From Eledone cirrhosa (Eukaryota), in NCBI GenBank assembly GCA_964016885.1, contig CAXHJY010001001.1, positions 1 through 64,000 on the forward strand: a stretch of DNA of 64,000 nucleotides. The letters are read 5' to 3'. The translations under genes were made by a program, and so were the position numbers. The notes below the pieces were generated by a model. It ran no database searches and was not told where the DNA came from. It saw nothing but the letters and a program-made list of their open reading frames with translations. Of this stretch, positions 1 to 16,663 are shown piece after piece; position 1 is the stretch's first letter; each line of letters starts with the position of its first letter.

Positions 1-3452
<3,452 letters not shown>

Positions 3453-3765
3453 ATAAATTGAAACAAAATGAAAACGAAATTTCATTTCTCACTCTTAGTA
3501 TGGCACTTACTTAAATGTAAGTATGCATGTATACGTACATACATATATGTATACAGACGTACAGTAGCATGCACATATACATATATATATATATATATAT
3601 ACACATATATATACATATGCATACAGGTACACATACATATATGCACGTATCAGTTTAGCGGCGCTAACGTCGCTTTGTTCGTTTGTAAACAAACTGAACA
3701 GCCTGAATTTATGCCATACGGTGTTAAGGCAACCACGTCACCTTTTTGTTCAACACTGACACAGG

Positions 3766-3810
3766 AACGATGTACTAGTTTCAAGCTTGTTAGCTATCAT
3801 CAGCACCGTT
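3766..3810 (-). ncRNA. Minimal type-I hammerhead ribozyme
   Basis: Minus strand: aacggtg-CTGATGA-tagctaacaagctt-GAAA-ctag-TA-catcgtt. 7-bp stem I, agct/agct stem II, palindromic stem III, GUA cleavage triplet. Confidence 0.88.
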
Positions 3811-4241
3811 TACCCATCTGCCAGATAGTTGAACGTTCGAAAGTATATACTTTCCTTATGAAAATTAACGGCTGAGCAGCCTAATTTGCATATTGAGTGA
3901 GTTAAATCGGTTAGGCATACCGAAAACGATAAATTGAAACAAAATGAAAACGAAATTTCATTTCTCACTCTTAGTATGGCACTTACTTAAATGTAAGTAT
4001 GCATGTATACGTACATACATATATGTATACAGACGTACAGTAGCATGCACATATACATATATATATATATATATATACACATATATATACATATGCATAC
4101 AGGTACACATACATATATGCACGTATCAGTTTAGCGGCGCTAACGTCGCTTTGTTCGTTTGTAAACAAACTGAACAGCCTGAATTTATGCCATACGGTGT
4201 TAAGGCAACCACGTCACCTTTTTGTTCAACACTGACACAGG

Positions 4242-4286
4242 AACGATGTACTAGTTTCAAGCTTGTTAGCTATCATCAGCACCGTT
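4242..4286 (-). ncRNA. Minimal type-I hammerhead ribozyme (second tandem copy)
   Basis: Identical to 3766-3810, offset by 476 bp. Confidence 0.88.
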
Positions 4287-4611
4287 TACCCATCTGCCAG
4301 ATAGTTGAACGTTCGAAAGTATATACTTTCCTTATGAAAATTAACGGCTGAGCAGCCTAATTTGCATATTGAGTGAGTTAAATCGGTTAGGCATACCGAA
4401 AACGATAAATTGAAACAAAATGAAAACGAAATTTCATTTCTCACTCTTAGTATGGCACTTACTTAAATGTAAGTATGCATGTATACGTACATGTGTACCT
4501 GTATGCATATGTATATATATGTGTATATATATATATATATATATGTATATGTGCATGCTACTGTACGTCTGTATACATATATGTATGTACGTATACATGC
4601 ATACTTACATT

Positions 4612-4754
<143 letters not shown>

Positions 4755-4767
4755 ATGTAATATGAAC

Positions 4768-4962
4768 CTTAAACATGCTCTTGGTCAATTCTATAGCCTC
4801 CTGGCTGCTGGGGTCGTAAACATTGGTGTTGCTTAAGTCCCCTGACATCAAGGTCCCTGTGTGATCTGCCACTTCTCGTGCAACTTTCAGGGCTTTTTTG
4901 TTCAATATTTCCACCTCGTCCTCACGTCCAACCACCGCCATCTTGTGTCTGTTGCCGTAATA
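4768..4962 (-). CDS. BHMT: Internal exon of betaine-homocysteine S-methyltransferase-like gene
   Basis: ttgtccAG|[65 protein letters not shown]|GT. 195 bp, phase 0/0, in frame with the exon at 7473-7663 (AFT|YY junction typical of homocysteine methyltransferases). Confidence 0.88.
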
Positions 4963-5051
4963 CTGGACAATAAAATAATAAAACAAACATTACTACTTAC
5001 ATGATGAGGGTAACAGATATAAAACACACACGCCCACTAATCTCCGCCATT

Positions 5052-5606
5052 TTGTGTGTGTGTGTGTGAGTATGTGCATGTGTGTGTGTGTATATATGTC
5101 TGTGTGTGTGTATGTGTGTGCATCTGTTTCTGTGTGTGTATGCAGGTGTGTGTGTGTGTGTGTGTGCTTGTCTCTGTGTGTGTATGTATGTGTGCATATG
5201 TGTGTATGCATGTGTGTGTGTGTGTGTCTGCCTATCTCTGTGTATGTCTGTGTGTGTGTGTGTATGTGCGTGCTTGTCTGTGTGTATGCATGTGTGTGTG
5301 TATGTGTGTCTGTCTGTGTTTGTTTGTGCATGTGTGTGCTTGTATGTGTGCTTATCTGTGTGTGTGTGTGTGTACATCTGTGTCTACATGTATTGTGATG
5401 TTTGTGTGTGTCTGCTTGTATGTATGTGTAGATGTGTGCATGTGTATGTATGCATGCAAGTAACTGTATCTATCTATGTGCTTGTGTGTGTGAATGCTTA
5501 TCAGTATGCATGTATGTTTGTGTGTGTATGCAAGTATATTTGTGTACTTGTGTGTGTTTCATGCATGTGTGTTTGTGTACTTGTGTGTGTTTCATGCATG
5601 TGTATT
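5052..5606. repeat. (TG)n-rich degenerate microsatellite
   Basis: Direct inspection. Confidence 0.9.
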
Positions 5607-5609
5607 TGT

Positions 5610-5871
5610 GCGAAGACAGTTGAAGCAATGATTTGGAACAGATGTTCTCAGGCATGTCTGCCAAATGGAAGATAGTCACACTCCAAAGAAACCTCTGTTT
5701 GGTGAATTAGCAAGTGGCAGACTGCCCAGGGAAGTGCTTGAAGGATTGCATTAATGAACGTCTGAACGCCTTCAATTTCAACCTCTCAACATGGTACAAC
5801 CTTGCTGCAGACCACAGTACCAGGATGAAGCAGACAAAGAAGTCTGCCCATGGAAGTATTGGAAGGATTGC
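5610..5871 (+). mobile_element. RTE-clade LINE 3' fragment (decayed; a tandem partial duplicate resumes at 6605-7430)
   Basis: Translates to GHVCQMEDSHTPKKPLFGELASG...LSTWYNLAADHS, matching the RTE C-terminal GHV.RM...PK..L.GEL..G pattern. Confidence 0.65.
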
Positions 5872-5875
5872 CTAA

Positions 5876-6600
5876 CCCTTTAGCATTCACATTACTCTAT
5901 ATATACTATTGCATTTTCACAGTAAAGACTTTACCTCACATAATATCTCTCATAACATTTACATTACTCTATATATACTATTGTATTTTCACAGTAAAGA
6001 CTTTACCTCACATAATATCTCACATAACATTTACATTACTCTATATATACTATTGCATTTTCACAGTAAAGACTTTACCTCACATAATATCTCACATAAC
6101 ATTTACATTACTCTATATATACTATTGTATTTTCACAGTAAAGGCTTTACCTCACATAATATCTCACATAACATTTACATTACTCTATATATACTATTGT
6201 ATTTTCACTGTAAAGGCTTTAGCTCGCATAATATCTCACATAATATTTACATTACTCTATATATACTATTGTATTTTCACAGTAAAGGCTTTACCTCACA
6301 TAATATCTCACATAACATTTACATTACTCTATATATACTATTGTATTTTCACAGTAAAGGCTTTACCTTACATAATATCTCACATAACATTTACATTACT
6401 CTATATATACTATTGTATTTTCACAGTAAAGGCTTTAGCTCACATAGCTATCTTACATAATATCGAATCTATCAGATTCATATTATTTATTTTGAGAGAA
6501 CAATACCTTAACATCAGTACGGGTGGCCAGTTACAGCCGGTTTGAACAGAAAGAGGTGAGAGAATTCTGGCTGGATACAGCCGGTTTAAATGCTAAAGTG
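5876..6600. mobile_element. piggyBac-like MITE with internal 72-bp minisatellite
   Basis: Terminal inverted repeats ccctttagcatt / aatgctaaagtg, flanked by ctaa and ttaa. The uninterrupted paralogous RTE site at about 5740-5770 has a single TTAA. Confidence 0.7.
5884..6450. repeat. 72-bp minisatellite, about 8 copies
   Basis: Unit cattactctatatatactattgtattttcacagtaaag...cacataacattta; 24-aa periodicity in the ORF track. Confidence 0.92.
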
Positions 6601-6636
6601 TTAAAGAGGGTCTGAACGCCTTCAGTTTCAACCTCT

Positions 6637-7316
6637 CAACGTGGTACAACATGGTACAACATGGTACAACATAGTACAACATGGTTCAATATAGTACAAC
6701 ATGGTACAACATGGTACAACATAGTACAATATAGTACAACATGGTACAACATAGTACAACATGGTACAACATAGTACAATATAGTACAACATGGTACAAC
6801 ATAGTACAACATGGTACAATATAGTACAACATGGTACAACATGGTACAATATAGTACAACATGGTACAACATGGTACAATATAGTACAATATAGTACAAC
6901 ATGGTACAACATAGTACAGCATGGTACAACATGGTACAACATGGTACAACATGGTACAATATAGTACAATATAGTACATGGTACAACATAGTACAACATG
7001 GTACAACATGGTACAACATGGTACAACATGGTACAACATGGTACAACATGGTACAATATGGTACATGGTACAACATGGTACAACATGGTACAATATAGTA
7101 CAACATGGTACAATATAGTACAACATGGTACAACATAGTACAACATGGTACAATATAGTACAACATGGTACAATATAGTACAACATGGTACAACATGTTA
7201 CAACATGGTACAGCATAGTACAACATGGTACAATATAGTACAACATGGTACAACATGGTACAACATAGTACAACATGGTACAATATAGTACAACATGGTA
7301 CAACATGGTACAACAT
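6637..7316. repeat. 10-bp minisatellite (ATGGTACAAC/ATAGTACAAT)
   Basis: Roughly 68 tandem decamers with variants. Confidence 0.95.
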
Positions 7317-7472
7317 GACTACAGACCACAGTACCTGAAGGATACAGACAAAAAATTGCTCCATTCTTTTAGAAACACAACTTTCCTGGTGAGTAGAAAG
7401 GTGGCGAAGATGATGCCCTAATGAGATTCCCCATCGTCGATAGTTACGGAGAAGAGAGTGAATTAAACTTAC

Positions 7473-7663
7473 GGTAAAAGCCAAGACGACATCACTTCCT
7501 GCATGAACGAATTCTTCATGCATGTTGCGGACAAGATGTGGGTGTTCTATGACCACTTCCGGTACCATTGCTCCAGATTTCAGATATCCCCGCTTGTTAA
7601 ACTCAAACATGTAACCCTCTGCCGTAAATACCTTCTCGCCACCACTCAGGCGTTCTTGTAAAC
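7473..7663 (-). CDS. BHMT: Exon of betaine-homocysteine S-methyltransferase-like gene (near N-terminus)
   Basis: ttttgcAG|(G)[63 protein letters not shown]|GTAAGT. Matches the BHMT N-terminal pattern (GL.ERL..GE, RGY.K.G, PE...EHP, H.EF..AGS.V). The first coding exon was not located and later exons lie outside the window. Confidence 0.9.
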
Positions 7664-8237
7664 CTGCAAAACAAAATAAAAATACAACAATATTATTATT
7701 GTTTTTTACTTTGCATAATTGTTTTTTTTTTTAAATGATAAAAATGGTTTTAATCAAATGAATGCAAACAAAACCAACTTTATTTTGTAAGAAAAAATTT
7801 AAAAGAAGAGGGAAACACAAGGAAAGAAAAGAATAGGGAAAAAAAAGAGAAAGAAATAAGAAAAAGAACAGGAAGGGGAGGGGTGGCAAGACCTCTGGTG
7901 TCACAGAAGAGAGGATGGGTGAGGGGTAGGGGGATTGGGTTTTGAGCCTAGGGCAAGAGTGCAGAAGTGCTGCACCCTGCTGACAAGACGACAAAAGCAT
8001 TCCCCCAGATGATGGCCAGTGACCCTCACTGCAACAGCCACCCCACCTCGTGGGGCTCCATCCTCAGACAGGCCACCAACGTTCCCATCTTGCAGAGGAG
8101 CTCAGCAGTGCAGGGTTCAAGTACGCCTGAGGTCTCGACAGTGACCAGTGCGAAGAGGAAGTGATCAGACAAATCCCAGTATTTGTTTATTTTACGTGAT
8201 TATATTGAAACTCAATGCCACAAAGTTACATCCCTTT

Positions 8238-8372
8238 ACGTTCTCAGCTCAAATCCCTCCAAGGTTGACTTTATCTTTCATCCTTATGCGGTTGATAAAA
8301 TAAAGTACCAGTAATGTACTGGGGTCCATTTAATCGACTTCCATTTAATGTGCCTATATCAGAAACAATTAT
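8238..8372 (+). mobile_element. SINE fragment (family B)
   Basis: ctttcatccttatgcggttgataaaataaagtaccagt core shared with 10276, 27199 and 31392. Confidence 0.7.
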
Positions 8373-8674
8373 ATTGCAACAAGAGTAGAAGCCTAAGCTA
8401 AACTATAATAAAGGAAGGAGTGTGGGACTGCGTAAGGTTTATTTCTTTTAATCCAGTTAGTAAAATAAGATGGATTACTTTGAATAAATAATGAATGAAT
8501 ATTACATAATTTATCTACTAAATTTCGTGGCTGTTTATTAAATATATTTTATTACTTATTTAAAGATTCACTTCTTTAAAATTTTCAAATGTCAACACTT
8601 CCGCTTAGCGATCGCTTAAATAAACATTCATATATTTGTCTCATTAATTTTCTCCTAATGCAGTTTATATATAA

Positions 8675-9095
8675 CTAGCAGATTTACCCGGCGTTGGTCG
8701 GGGTTTAAAATTATGCGAAGAATATACAGCTAGGAAGTAAAAGAACATTATTTGTCCCCAACCTGTCAAAATAAGCAGAAGTCTTCAATAATTAATGCAA
8801 ACGAATATTTAGTGCAATCTTTGTACACATAAAACTATGTTGATAATGAAGGAAAACACTGAACAGGATGTAGTTATACAAATGTTTAAAGACAATACAC
8901 GTTGCAAATCTGTAAAAAAAAAACAGGCAGTTTTGCTAAAGTACAAAAAGTTGTAATGAAAGCAGAGTTGTATACAAACAAAATAGCAATGAGAGTAGAA
9001 TAAGAGAAAATCTATTCTTTGAGAGGATCCTTTGCTGTGTATGGTTCGTGAAAAGGTTATCTCCCTTACATCAATTTTTCTACCGATAATTTTGA
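8675..9095 (-). mobile_element. Helitron-like non-autonomous element, 3' end (extent uncertain)
   Basis: Plus strand a-CTAG-cagatttacccggcgttggtcgggg is the reverse complement of a GC hairpin followed by a CTAG terminus. Confidence 0.6.
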
Positions 9096-9099
9096 TATC

Positions 9100-9691
9100 T
9101 CACACTCACTCTCACACACTCTCTCTCTCTCTCTCTCACACTCTCCACACACACACACTCTCTCTCTCACACATACACACTCTCTCTCACACACTCTCTC
9201 TCTCTCTCACACACACTAACTCTCTCACACTCTCTCTCTCACACACACTCTCTCTCTCTCACACACACACACACTCTCTCTCTCACACACACTCTCTCAC
9301 ACACACACTCTCTCTCACACACATACACACTCTCTCACACACACACACTCTGTCTCACACACACACTCTGTCTCACACACACACACACACACCCTCTCTC
9401 TCACACACACACACCCTCTTTCTCTCTCTCACTCACACACATTCTCACACACACACTCACTCTCTAACACACACATACACACACACACTCTCTCTCTCTC
9501 ACACACACACACACTCTCTCTCACACACACCCTCTCTCACACACACACACACTCTCTCTCTCTCTCTCTCTCACACGCACACACTATCTCTCTCTCTCAC
9601 ACACACACTCTCTCTCTCACGCACACACTATCTCTCTCTCTCACACACACACTCACACACACCCTCTCTCTCTCTCACACACACACTATCT

Positions 9692-9780
<89 letters not shown>

Positions 9781-9839
9781 TCACACGCACACATACTCTC
9801 TCACACACACCCACTCTCTCTCTCTCTCACACACACACT

Positions 9840-9871
<32 letters not shown>

Positions 9872-9931
9872 CACACGCACACATACTCTCTCACACACAC
9901 CCACTCTCTCTCTCTCACACACACACACACA

Positions 9932-9981
<50 letters not shown>

Positions 9982-10115
9982 CTCACACGCACACATACTC
10001 TCTCTCACACACACTCTCTCACACACACACACACACTCTCTATCTCTCTCACACACCCTCTCTCTCACACACACACACACTCTCTCTCACAAACACACAT
10101 ACACACACACACACA
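9100..10115. repeat. (CT)n/(CA)n compound microsatellite
   Basis: Direct inspection. Confidence 0.95.
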
Positions 10116-10275
10116 TGTATATGTATACATAGCAGAGGAGCTTCCGATCCCAGAGTCAGGACCAAACAGTATTCGATCATTCCCTGAGCTGATCGGCAGT
10201 GAAACACATGTAATGAAATATGTATATGATGCAACATTGGTTCTTTGTTCCCTATTTATTATTATTATATATATA

Positions 10276-10468
10276 GGGCGGTGGATTGCCAGTATCGGTA
10301 GAGGGTCAGACACCATGCTTTGCAGCATAGAGTTACGGCCCTTTATGGTCTGAGTTCAAATCCCACCGAGGTTAACTTTGCCTTTCATCCTTACGGGGTT
10401 GATAAAATAAAGTACCAGTAATACACTGGGATAATTGGTGGCCTTGTGCCAAAAGTAGAAACAATTAT
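10276..10468 (+). mobile_element. tRNA-derived SINE (family B, Meta-like central domain)
   Basis: B-box GAGTTCAAATCC, central gcctttcatccttacggggttgataaaataaagtaccag, tail gtgccaaaagtagaaacaattat. The domain assignment is from memory. Confidence 0.75.
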
Positions 10469-10504
10469 ATATTTATACAATATATATACAATATATATAT
10501 ATAT

Positions 10505-10563
<59 letters not shown>

Positions 10564-10565
<2 letters not shown>

Positions 10566-11075
10566 GGAAAAAATGAAATTTCATTTCTCACTCTTAGTAC
10601 GGCTGATACTTAAATATAAGTATGTATACGTACATACATATATGTATATAGACGTACAGTAGTATGTATATATATACATACATGCACACATATATATATG
10701 TACGTATGGATTTACCGAACATTTATTATAATTTTCGGTTTGTTTGTAAACAAACAGCCCGAATTATTAGCCGTACAGTGTTCGGCAACCATCGTTGCCC
10801 TTTTGTTCAACACTGACTAAGGAACGATGAGCTAGTTTCTAGCTTATTAGCTGTTATCAGCATCGTATACCTCCCTGTCAGTCGATTGAACATTTGAAAG
10901 TATATAATTTCCTTATGTATATTAACGGCTGAGCAACCTAATTTGCATATCGAGTGAGTTAGTCGGCCGGGCGTACGGAAAACGATGAATGGAAAAAATG
11001 AAATTTCATTTCTCACTCTTAGTACGGCTGATACTTAAATATAAGTATGTATACGTACATACATATATGTATACA
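10564..11075 (-). mobile_element. Diverged relative of the 476-bp HHR element (425-bp period, about 1.2 copies), degenerate HHR at 10823-10867
   Basis: Collinear similarity to the 3453-3928 unit. Direct repeat at 10565/10990. Core mutated to CTGATAA...GAAActagCT. Confidence 0.75.
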
Positions 11076-11599
11076 ATATATATATATATATGTGTGAATG
11101 AAAAATGGCGTGCTGCGTTGTTGCGAATGTGATACATATGAATGAAAAATAGAGCAAGAAACAGGACTGTCCATCAACAGTGATCTTCTGACTATCATCG
11201 GTATTTCTTCGCATTAAAGACCAGAACCTCAAAGTCAGTGCGAGCAATAACTAAAATAAGTTATTGGGACACAAAGAATGGGTGGAGAAAGAGGGACATG
11301 TAAACACACGAATGGTAATGCAACGTAAAGAGAGGAAGATGAGAAAGCAAGTCAGTGATACATTGTGAACTTAAGTTCTAGCAAATCAATGACGAGAAGT
11401 ACAGACACGTCCAAACCTAGCAAAATGTGAGCGAGGAAAGGATTTCACACAGGTCAGATGGGAGGAAGTGAGAGAGGGGAGTAGCAGAGAGGGAGTGAGT
11501 GAAAGTGTGAGGAAGAGGCCAGTCGAGAGAGTGTGACCAGCAGAGGGAGTGAATGAAAATAAGAGGTACAATGAGAGAACCCCCTTCTCTCACCTTGTA

Positions 11600-11795
11600 C
11601 CTCTTCCCAGTCCTGGTACCACTACTGTTTTAGGTGGCTCTCTCAGACATGCCCTCTGTAGTACATACAACAACATCCCTCACTAGCTATGCTGATGACA
11701 CTAAGGTAGCACAGGCAATCAAAAACCCGGCTGACGCTGCCCTTTTACAAGATCTGGATGCCATATGCAAATGGGCGGAAGACAACAACATGCAG
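11600..11795 (+). mobile_element. CR1/L2-type LINE reverse transcriptase fragment
   Basis: VLVPLLF..ALSDMP...SYADDTKV...LQDLDAICKWAEDNNMQF. Confidence 0.75.
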
Positions 11796-11939
11796 TTTGT
11801 GCCAAAAGTAGAAACAATTATTATAAAGACAGCAGCCTGGGAAGTTGGAAACCATGTTGGCAAAAATGCAGCTTGTCACTCATCTAGAGGTCAGAGGTTA
11901 GATTTCCTAATATGGTGGTGGGGGTGGAGATGGGAGAAT

Positions 11940-13123
11940 AGTGGTGGGGGGGGGGGTAGTGGTGGTATTTGTATATAATTGAGAGATTTGACAGTGTGAC
12001 CAGTAGTTCTCGTGGTAGTAATCACCACTTAAGGTATCCACGAGAACTACTGGTCACACTGTCAAATCTCTCAATTGTATACAAATACCACCACTACCAC
12101 CACCACTACCACCACCACCTACCACGAGAACTACTGGTCACACTGTCAAATCTCTCAATTGTATACAAATACCACCACTACCACCACCACCTACCACAAG
12201 AACTACTGGTCACACTGTCAAATCTCTCAATTGTATACAAATACCACCACTACCACTACCACCACCACTACCACAACCACCTACCACAAGAACTACTGGT
12301 CACACTGTCAAATCTCTCAATTGTATACAAATACCACCACTACCACTACCACCACCAACACCACAACCACCTACCACAAGAACTACTGGTCACACTGTCA
12401 AATCTCTCAATTGTATACAAATACCACCACTACCACTACCACCACCAACACCACAACCACCTACCACAAGAACTACTGGTCACACTGTCAAATCTCTCAA
12501 TTGTATACAAATACCACCACTACCACTACCACCACCACTACCACAACCACCTACCACAAGAACTACTGGTCACACTGTCAAATCTCTCAATTGTATACAA
12601 ATACCACCACTACCACTACCACCACCAACACCACCACCACCTACCACAAGAACTACTGGTCACACTGTCAAATCTCTCAATTGTATACAAATACCACCAA
12701 CACCACTACCACCACCAACACCACAACCACCTACCACAAGAACTACTGGTCACACTGTCAAATCTCTCAATTGTATACAAATACCACCACTACCACTACC
12801 ACCACCAACACCACAACCACCTACCACAAGAACTACTGGTCACACTGTCAAATCTCTCAATTGTATACAAATACCACCACTACCACTACCACCACCAACA
12901 CCACAACCACCTACCACAAGAACTACTGGTCACACTGTCAAATCTCTCAATTGTATACAAATACCACCACTACCACTACAACCACCACCTACCACAAGAA
13001 CTACTGGTCACACTGTCAAATCTCTCAATTATATACAAATACCACCACTACCACCACCACCACTACCACCAACACCACCACCACCAACAGCACCACCACC
13101 TACCACAAGAACTACTGGTCACA
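11940..13123. repeat. About 60-bp minisatellite (about 18 copies) preceded by one inverted unit
   Basis: Unit ccacaagaactactggtcacactgtcaaatctctcaattgtatacaaata(cca)n at 12038-13123. Reverse-complement unit at about 11955-12018. Confidence 0.92.
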
Positions 13124-13321
13124 TGTAACCATTCTTTCATTGAGTTCTAAAAATGTTGTCAGCCCCACCACAGCCAGGTGGAATACGATATATATATATT
13201 TGGAGAATCCGTTGAGATAGGTTTAAGTTTATTATTATTATTCGTATTTCCAATTTTTTCGGTTCGCATGAGATTTGTACATATTTATATATGTATGTAT
13301 GTGACATATATAGATGTATGT

Positions 13322-13741
13322 ATCATCATCATCATCATCATCACTTTACGTCCGCTTTTCCCTGCCTGCAAGGGTGGGACGGGAACTGATTCTGGCTTGA
13401 TTTCTTCAGATGGATGCCCTTCCTAACACCAACCTCATTTACAGTGAGTGCTGGGTGCTTTTTTGCCGTGGCACCTCCACAACCACTTTGCAGTGGAATG
13501 TTAGGGACCCCAGTCCCTTTCATCTCATTTCTACAGCTGAGTAAACTGCAGCATAACATTCCATATTTAGGTATCCAGATTAATGGTTTTTAATTAGTAG
13601 GGTAACCACCTAGTGCTACATTTATCAAGGAGACATACACATGCACGGACGCATTAAGTATAGAGAACTCCTTCTCACAACCGATAATACCTAAACCTTT
13701 CGACTGCAAGGCCAATGCTCTAACCACTAAGCCATATGCCT

Positions 13742-13743
<2 letters not shown>
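13322..13743 (-). mobile_element. tRNA-derived SINE (family A, RTE-type tail), internally interrupted
   Basis: Reverse-complement relative of 31885-32228: head ggaggcatatggcttagtggttagagc, tail aagcggacgtaaa(gtg)(atg)n. Confidence 0.8.
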
Positions 13744-13823
<80 letters not shown>

Positions 13824-14062
13824 GAAAGGTATAGAAATTGTTTTAGCGATTATCTAACAGTATTCCATATATGCGACTATGTCGTCAAGATGGGAAAAAT
13901 AGTTAACGCAAGATGTAGGAAAAATAATTCAAACTCATCTCAAAAGAGAATCAGGATATAGATTCATCCACAAAATTTAGTGAAATCCAGGGAAAAATCA
14001 ATAGAACCTTAACTCATGATAAAATGAAGTCTAAAATACTTATATAAATAAAGTCTAAAATA

Positions 14063-14108
<46 letters not shown>

Positions 14109-14208
14109 AATATGTGAAGTAATTCCGTCGGAAAAGTCCAGGAAAAAAGAGTGCTCTATGAAGGTAACAGAGCTTAATAGTTATGTAATAAACAACATAA
14201 GGCAATTA

Positions 14209-14268
14209 TTCCATTTACCAGTGGTTTCTTAAAAGTAAAAGATTTTGCTTTCAATCCTCAGAATGAAA
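14209..14268 (-). ncRNA. Minimal type-I hammerhead ribozyme
   Basis: Minus: tttcatt-CTGAGGA-ttgaaagcaaaatcttttacttttaa-GAAA-ccactgg-TA-aatggaa. Confidence 0.78.
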
Positions 14269-14664
14269 AAATCCTGGTCTGTTTATTGAATTTGGATTTT
14301 AAAAACAAAAATGCAATCTATATGAAAGTGAGGCTGGAGAAAGAAGAAGGAAAGGAAAAATAAAATAAAACCACACATGCAAACACACACACACACACAA
14401 AAGCATACATACACACACATATATATATATATACATACACTCATACATACACACACACATATACATATATATATGTGTATATACATACACATATACACAT
14501 ACATATACACATACATACATACGCACATAAATATCAACACATCCATTCATACACATATACAACCACACACACATATATACACACGTATATATATAGAAAA
14601 ATAAATATATATATATATATATATATATAATATAAGATCAAAAGATGGTTAAAGGAGTTCCATA

Positions 14665-14735
14665 TATTTTATTATGCGCATTTCAAAAACAAACATCATC
14701 AAGCAATAATATTTGTGTTTTCATCAGATAAAATA
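14665..14735 (-). ncRNA. Hammerhead ribozyme in inverted PLE arm
   Basis: tattttat-CTGATGA-(about 16-bp stem II with G-U pairs)-GAAA-tgcgca-TA-ataaaata. Confidence 0.8.
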
Positions 14736-16663
14736 GGAGAACATGATATGAAGGCTAAAAAACACTTGTGGATAGTGCAGTTTTAAATCAACATATGAAA
14801 AGTGGTTTTAGATTGATGTGTGATATTGGGAAAAATATTTTATTTAGAGAGGGGGGGGGAGGATGAAAAGGGAAGGAGATGGTTGATAGAGAGAAAGAGA
14901 TAGTTTTTATAACTGAGAGGAGATATATTTTTTTCATAGAGAGGTTGAAAACCGTTGGAAGATACTGTATAAATTAAAAATTTTGAAAATTAACGAAGGG
15001 AGGATATGTGCGAGGAAAAAATATTTTATTTAGGGAGGGGGGGGGGTGGAAAGGATGAAAAAAAGGGGGAGGAGATGAGAGTGAAGGTGGAGAGGGAGAG
15101 ATGGGTGATAGAGAGAAAGAGATAGTTTTTATAACTGAGAAAAAGATATATTGTTTTAATATAGAGAGGTTGGGAACCGTTGGAAGATAATGTATAAATT
15201 AAAGGAATTTGAAAATTAACGAAGGGAAAATTATGTATGAAGATAGAGAGAAAAAAAAATAATAATTGTGGGTGAATATTCTAACGTCAAAAAAGAAATG
15301 TATGTATTGTGACAATTTCAAAATTAGCGAAGAGAAAAATTGTTAAGGTTTGTGTGTAGAAGGATTTGAGAAAAATAATGTGAAGTTAAAGTTTGTATAT
15401 TGATTGAATTGATAATATGTGCGAATAAAGAGTTAATATGTATTAATAATGAGTTCGTTGATGGGGAGAAAAAAATAATAATAAATTAAGGATGAAATTG
15501 AGATTAAAAAGATTTATGATAGAGAGAAAAAATAATAATGATTGCGGATGAATATTCAAATGTCAAAAACAAATGTAATGATTTTACAAGAAGATAGAAT
15601 GAGGGTAATGAGTAAACGAGTATTATAGAGTGTATAATGCCCTTTAAAGTAAGGTAGATGGGTATATTTTAAAGAGGTGTATGTATATGTGCCTTTGAGA
15701 AGAGATTCTAAATTGATAAAGAATTGAATATTAACTGTATACTTTGTGAAAAGTTCTATGGAATTTATGCAGGCAGATAGAAAACAAATCTGAGCGTCTA
15801 TTTATTATAGAATCTAGGTTAGAGATAATGGTAAATTTTTCATTTAGGCAGAGATTACAGATTTTAGATAGAGAGCTGTTCAAGTATGAGGATGCAGAAG
15901 AAATCTTCTTCCAAAAGATGGTATATTTAATGTTTTTGTCTTTTAAGGACCATATGAGTTCTGAGAGAGCAGTGTTAGTTCTTTTAAGTTTGTATTTGAA
16001 AGATGAATGATGATTATAGAGACGAGCTTTAAAAGAGGTGGAAGTGGAGCCAAAATAGGTGAAGGAATTGGTGCTAGTTATAATTTTACATTCATAAATT
16101 AAGTTTTTATCGAGGCAATGGTTGTTGAGAGGACATTTATTTTTAATGCGGCAGTTGCAATTAGAGAGATTATTAATGAGTGATCTAGTGTTATCTATAG
16201 AAGGAATTGGATTGGAGAAGTTGTTTGCGATAGGAATAATAGGAATAATAGTTTCTTGATTTAGAGTTGGATTATGAACATTTAGCGAAGTTGTGTTTGA
16301 CGTTGTATTTGGGTTTACAGAAGTTAGCCTAGGGTTTACAATGACGTCGGGAGTACTATTACTGTTATTATGAAATTCAATATTGGAAGGAAGAGATTTA
16401 GTATTTAATATTTTGTTGTTGTGTTTAGAGATGATGTTGGAAATATTGGAGGATGTAGAATACGAAAATTTGATGGTGTGTTTGTTAAATATTTTACTAT
16501 AGATATGTGAGGGAGGGAAGCATTTATTTAAGGCACTAAAAAATAATTTAGGAATATTGTTATTAATAGAGATGGAGAAAGGAGCATTATACCAGATTAT
16601 GTTTTTGTATCTAGGTCTTTTATTAAAATTATTGGAATGGTCATGATTAATTATTCTACTGTA

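Noticed and set aside
3468-4351. Duplicated 135-aa ORFs
   Set aside because: They contain TA/CA microsatellite translation, are antisense to the HHR, and the frame is not kept in the 10.6-kb relative.
6628-7470. Cys/Tyr-rich ORFs and the C-terminal extension of the 324-aa ORF
   Set aside because: Intronic 10-bp repeat. Only 7473-7663 is real exon.
7880-8165. GC-richer segment as the first BHMT exon or another gene
   Set aside because: No convincing ATG/donor pair or recognisable homology. Probably an old retroelement fragment; unresolved.
11969-13220. His-rich 393-aa and Thr-rich 381-aa ORFs
   Set aside because: Stop-free frames of a 60-bp minisatellite, with no splice or domain evidence.
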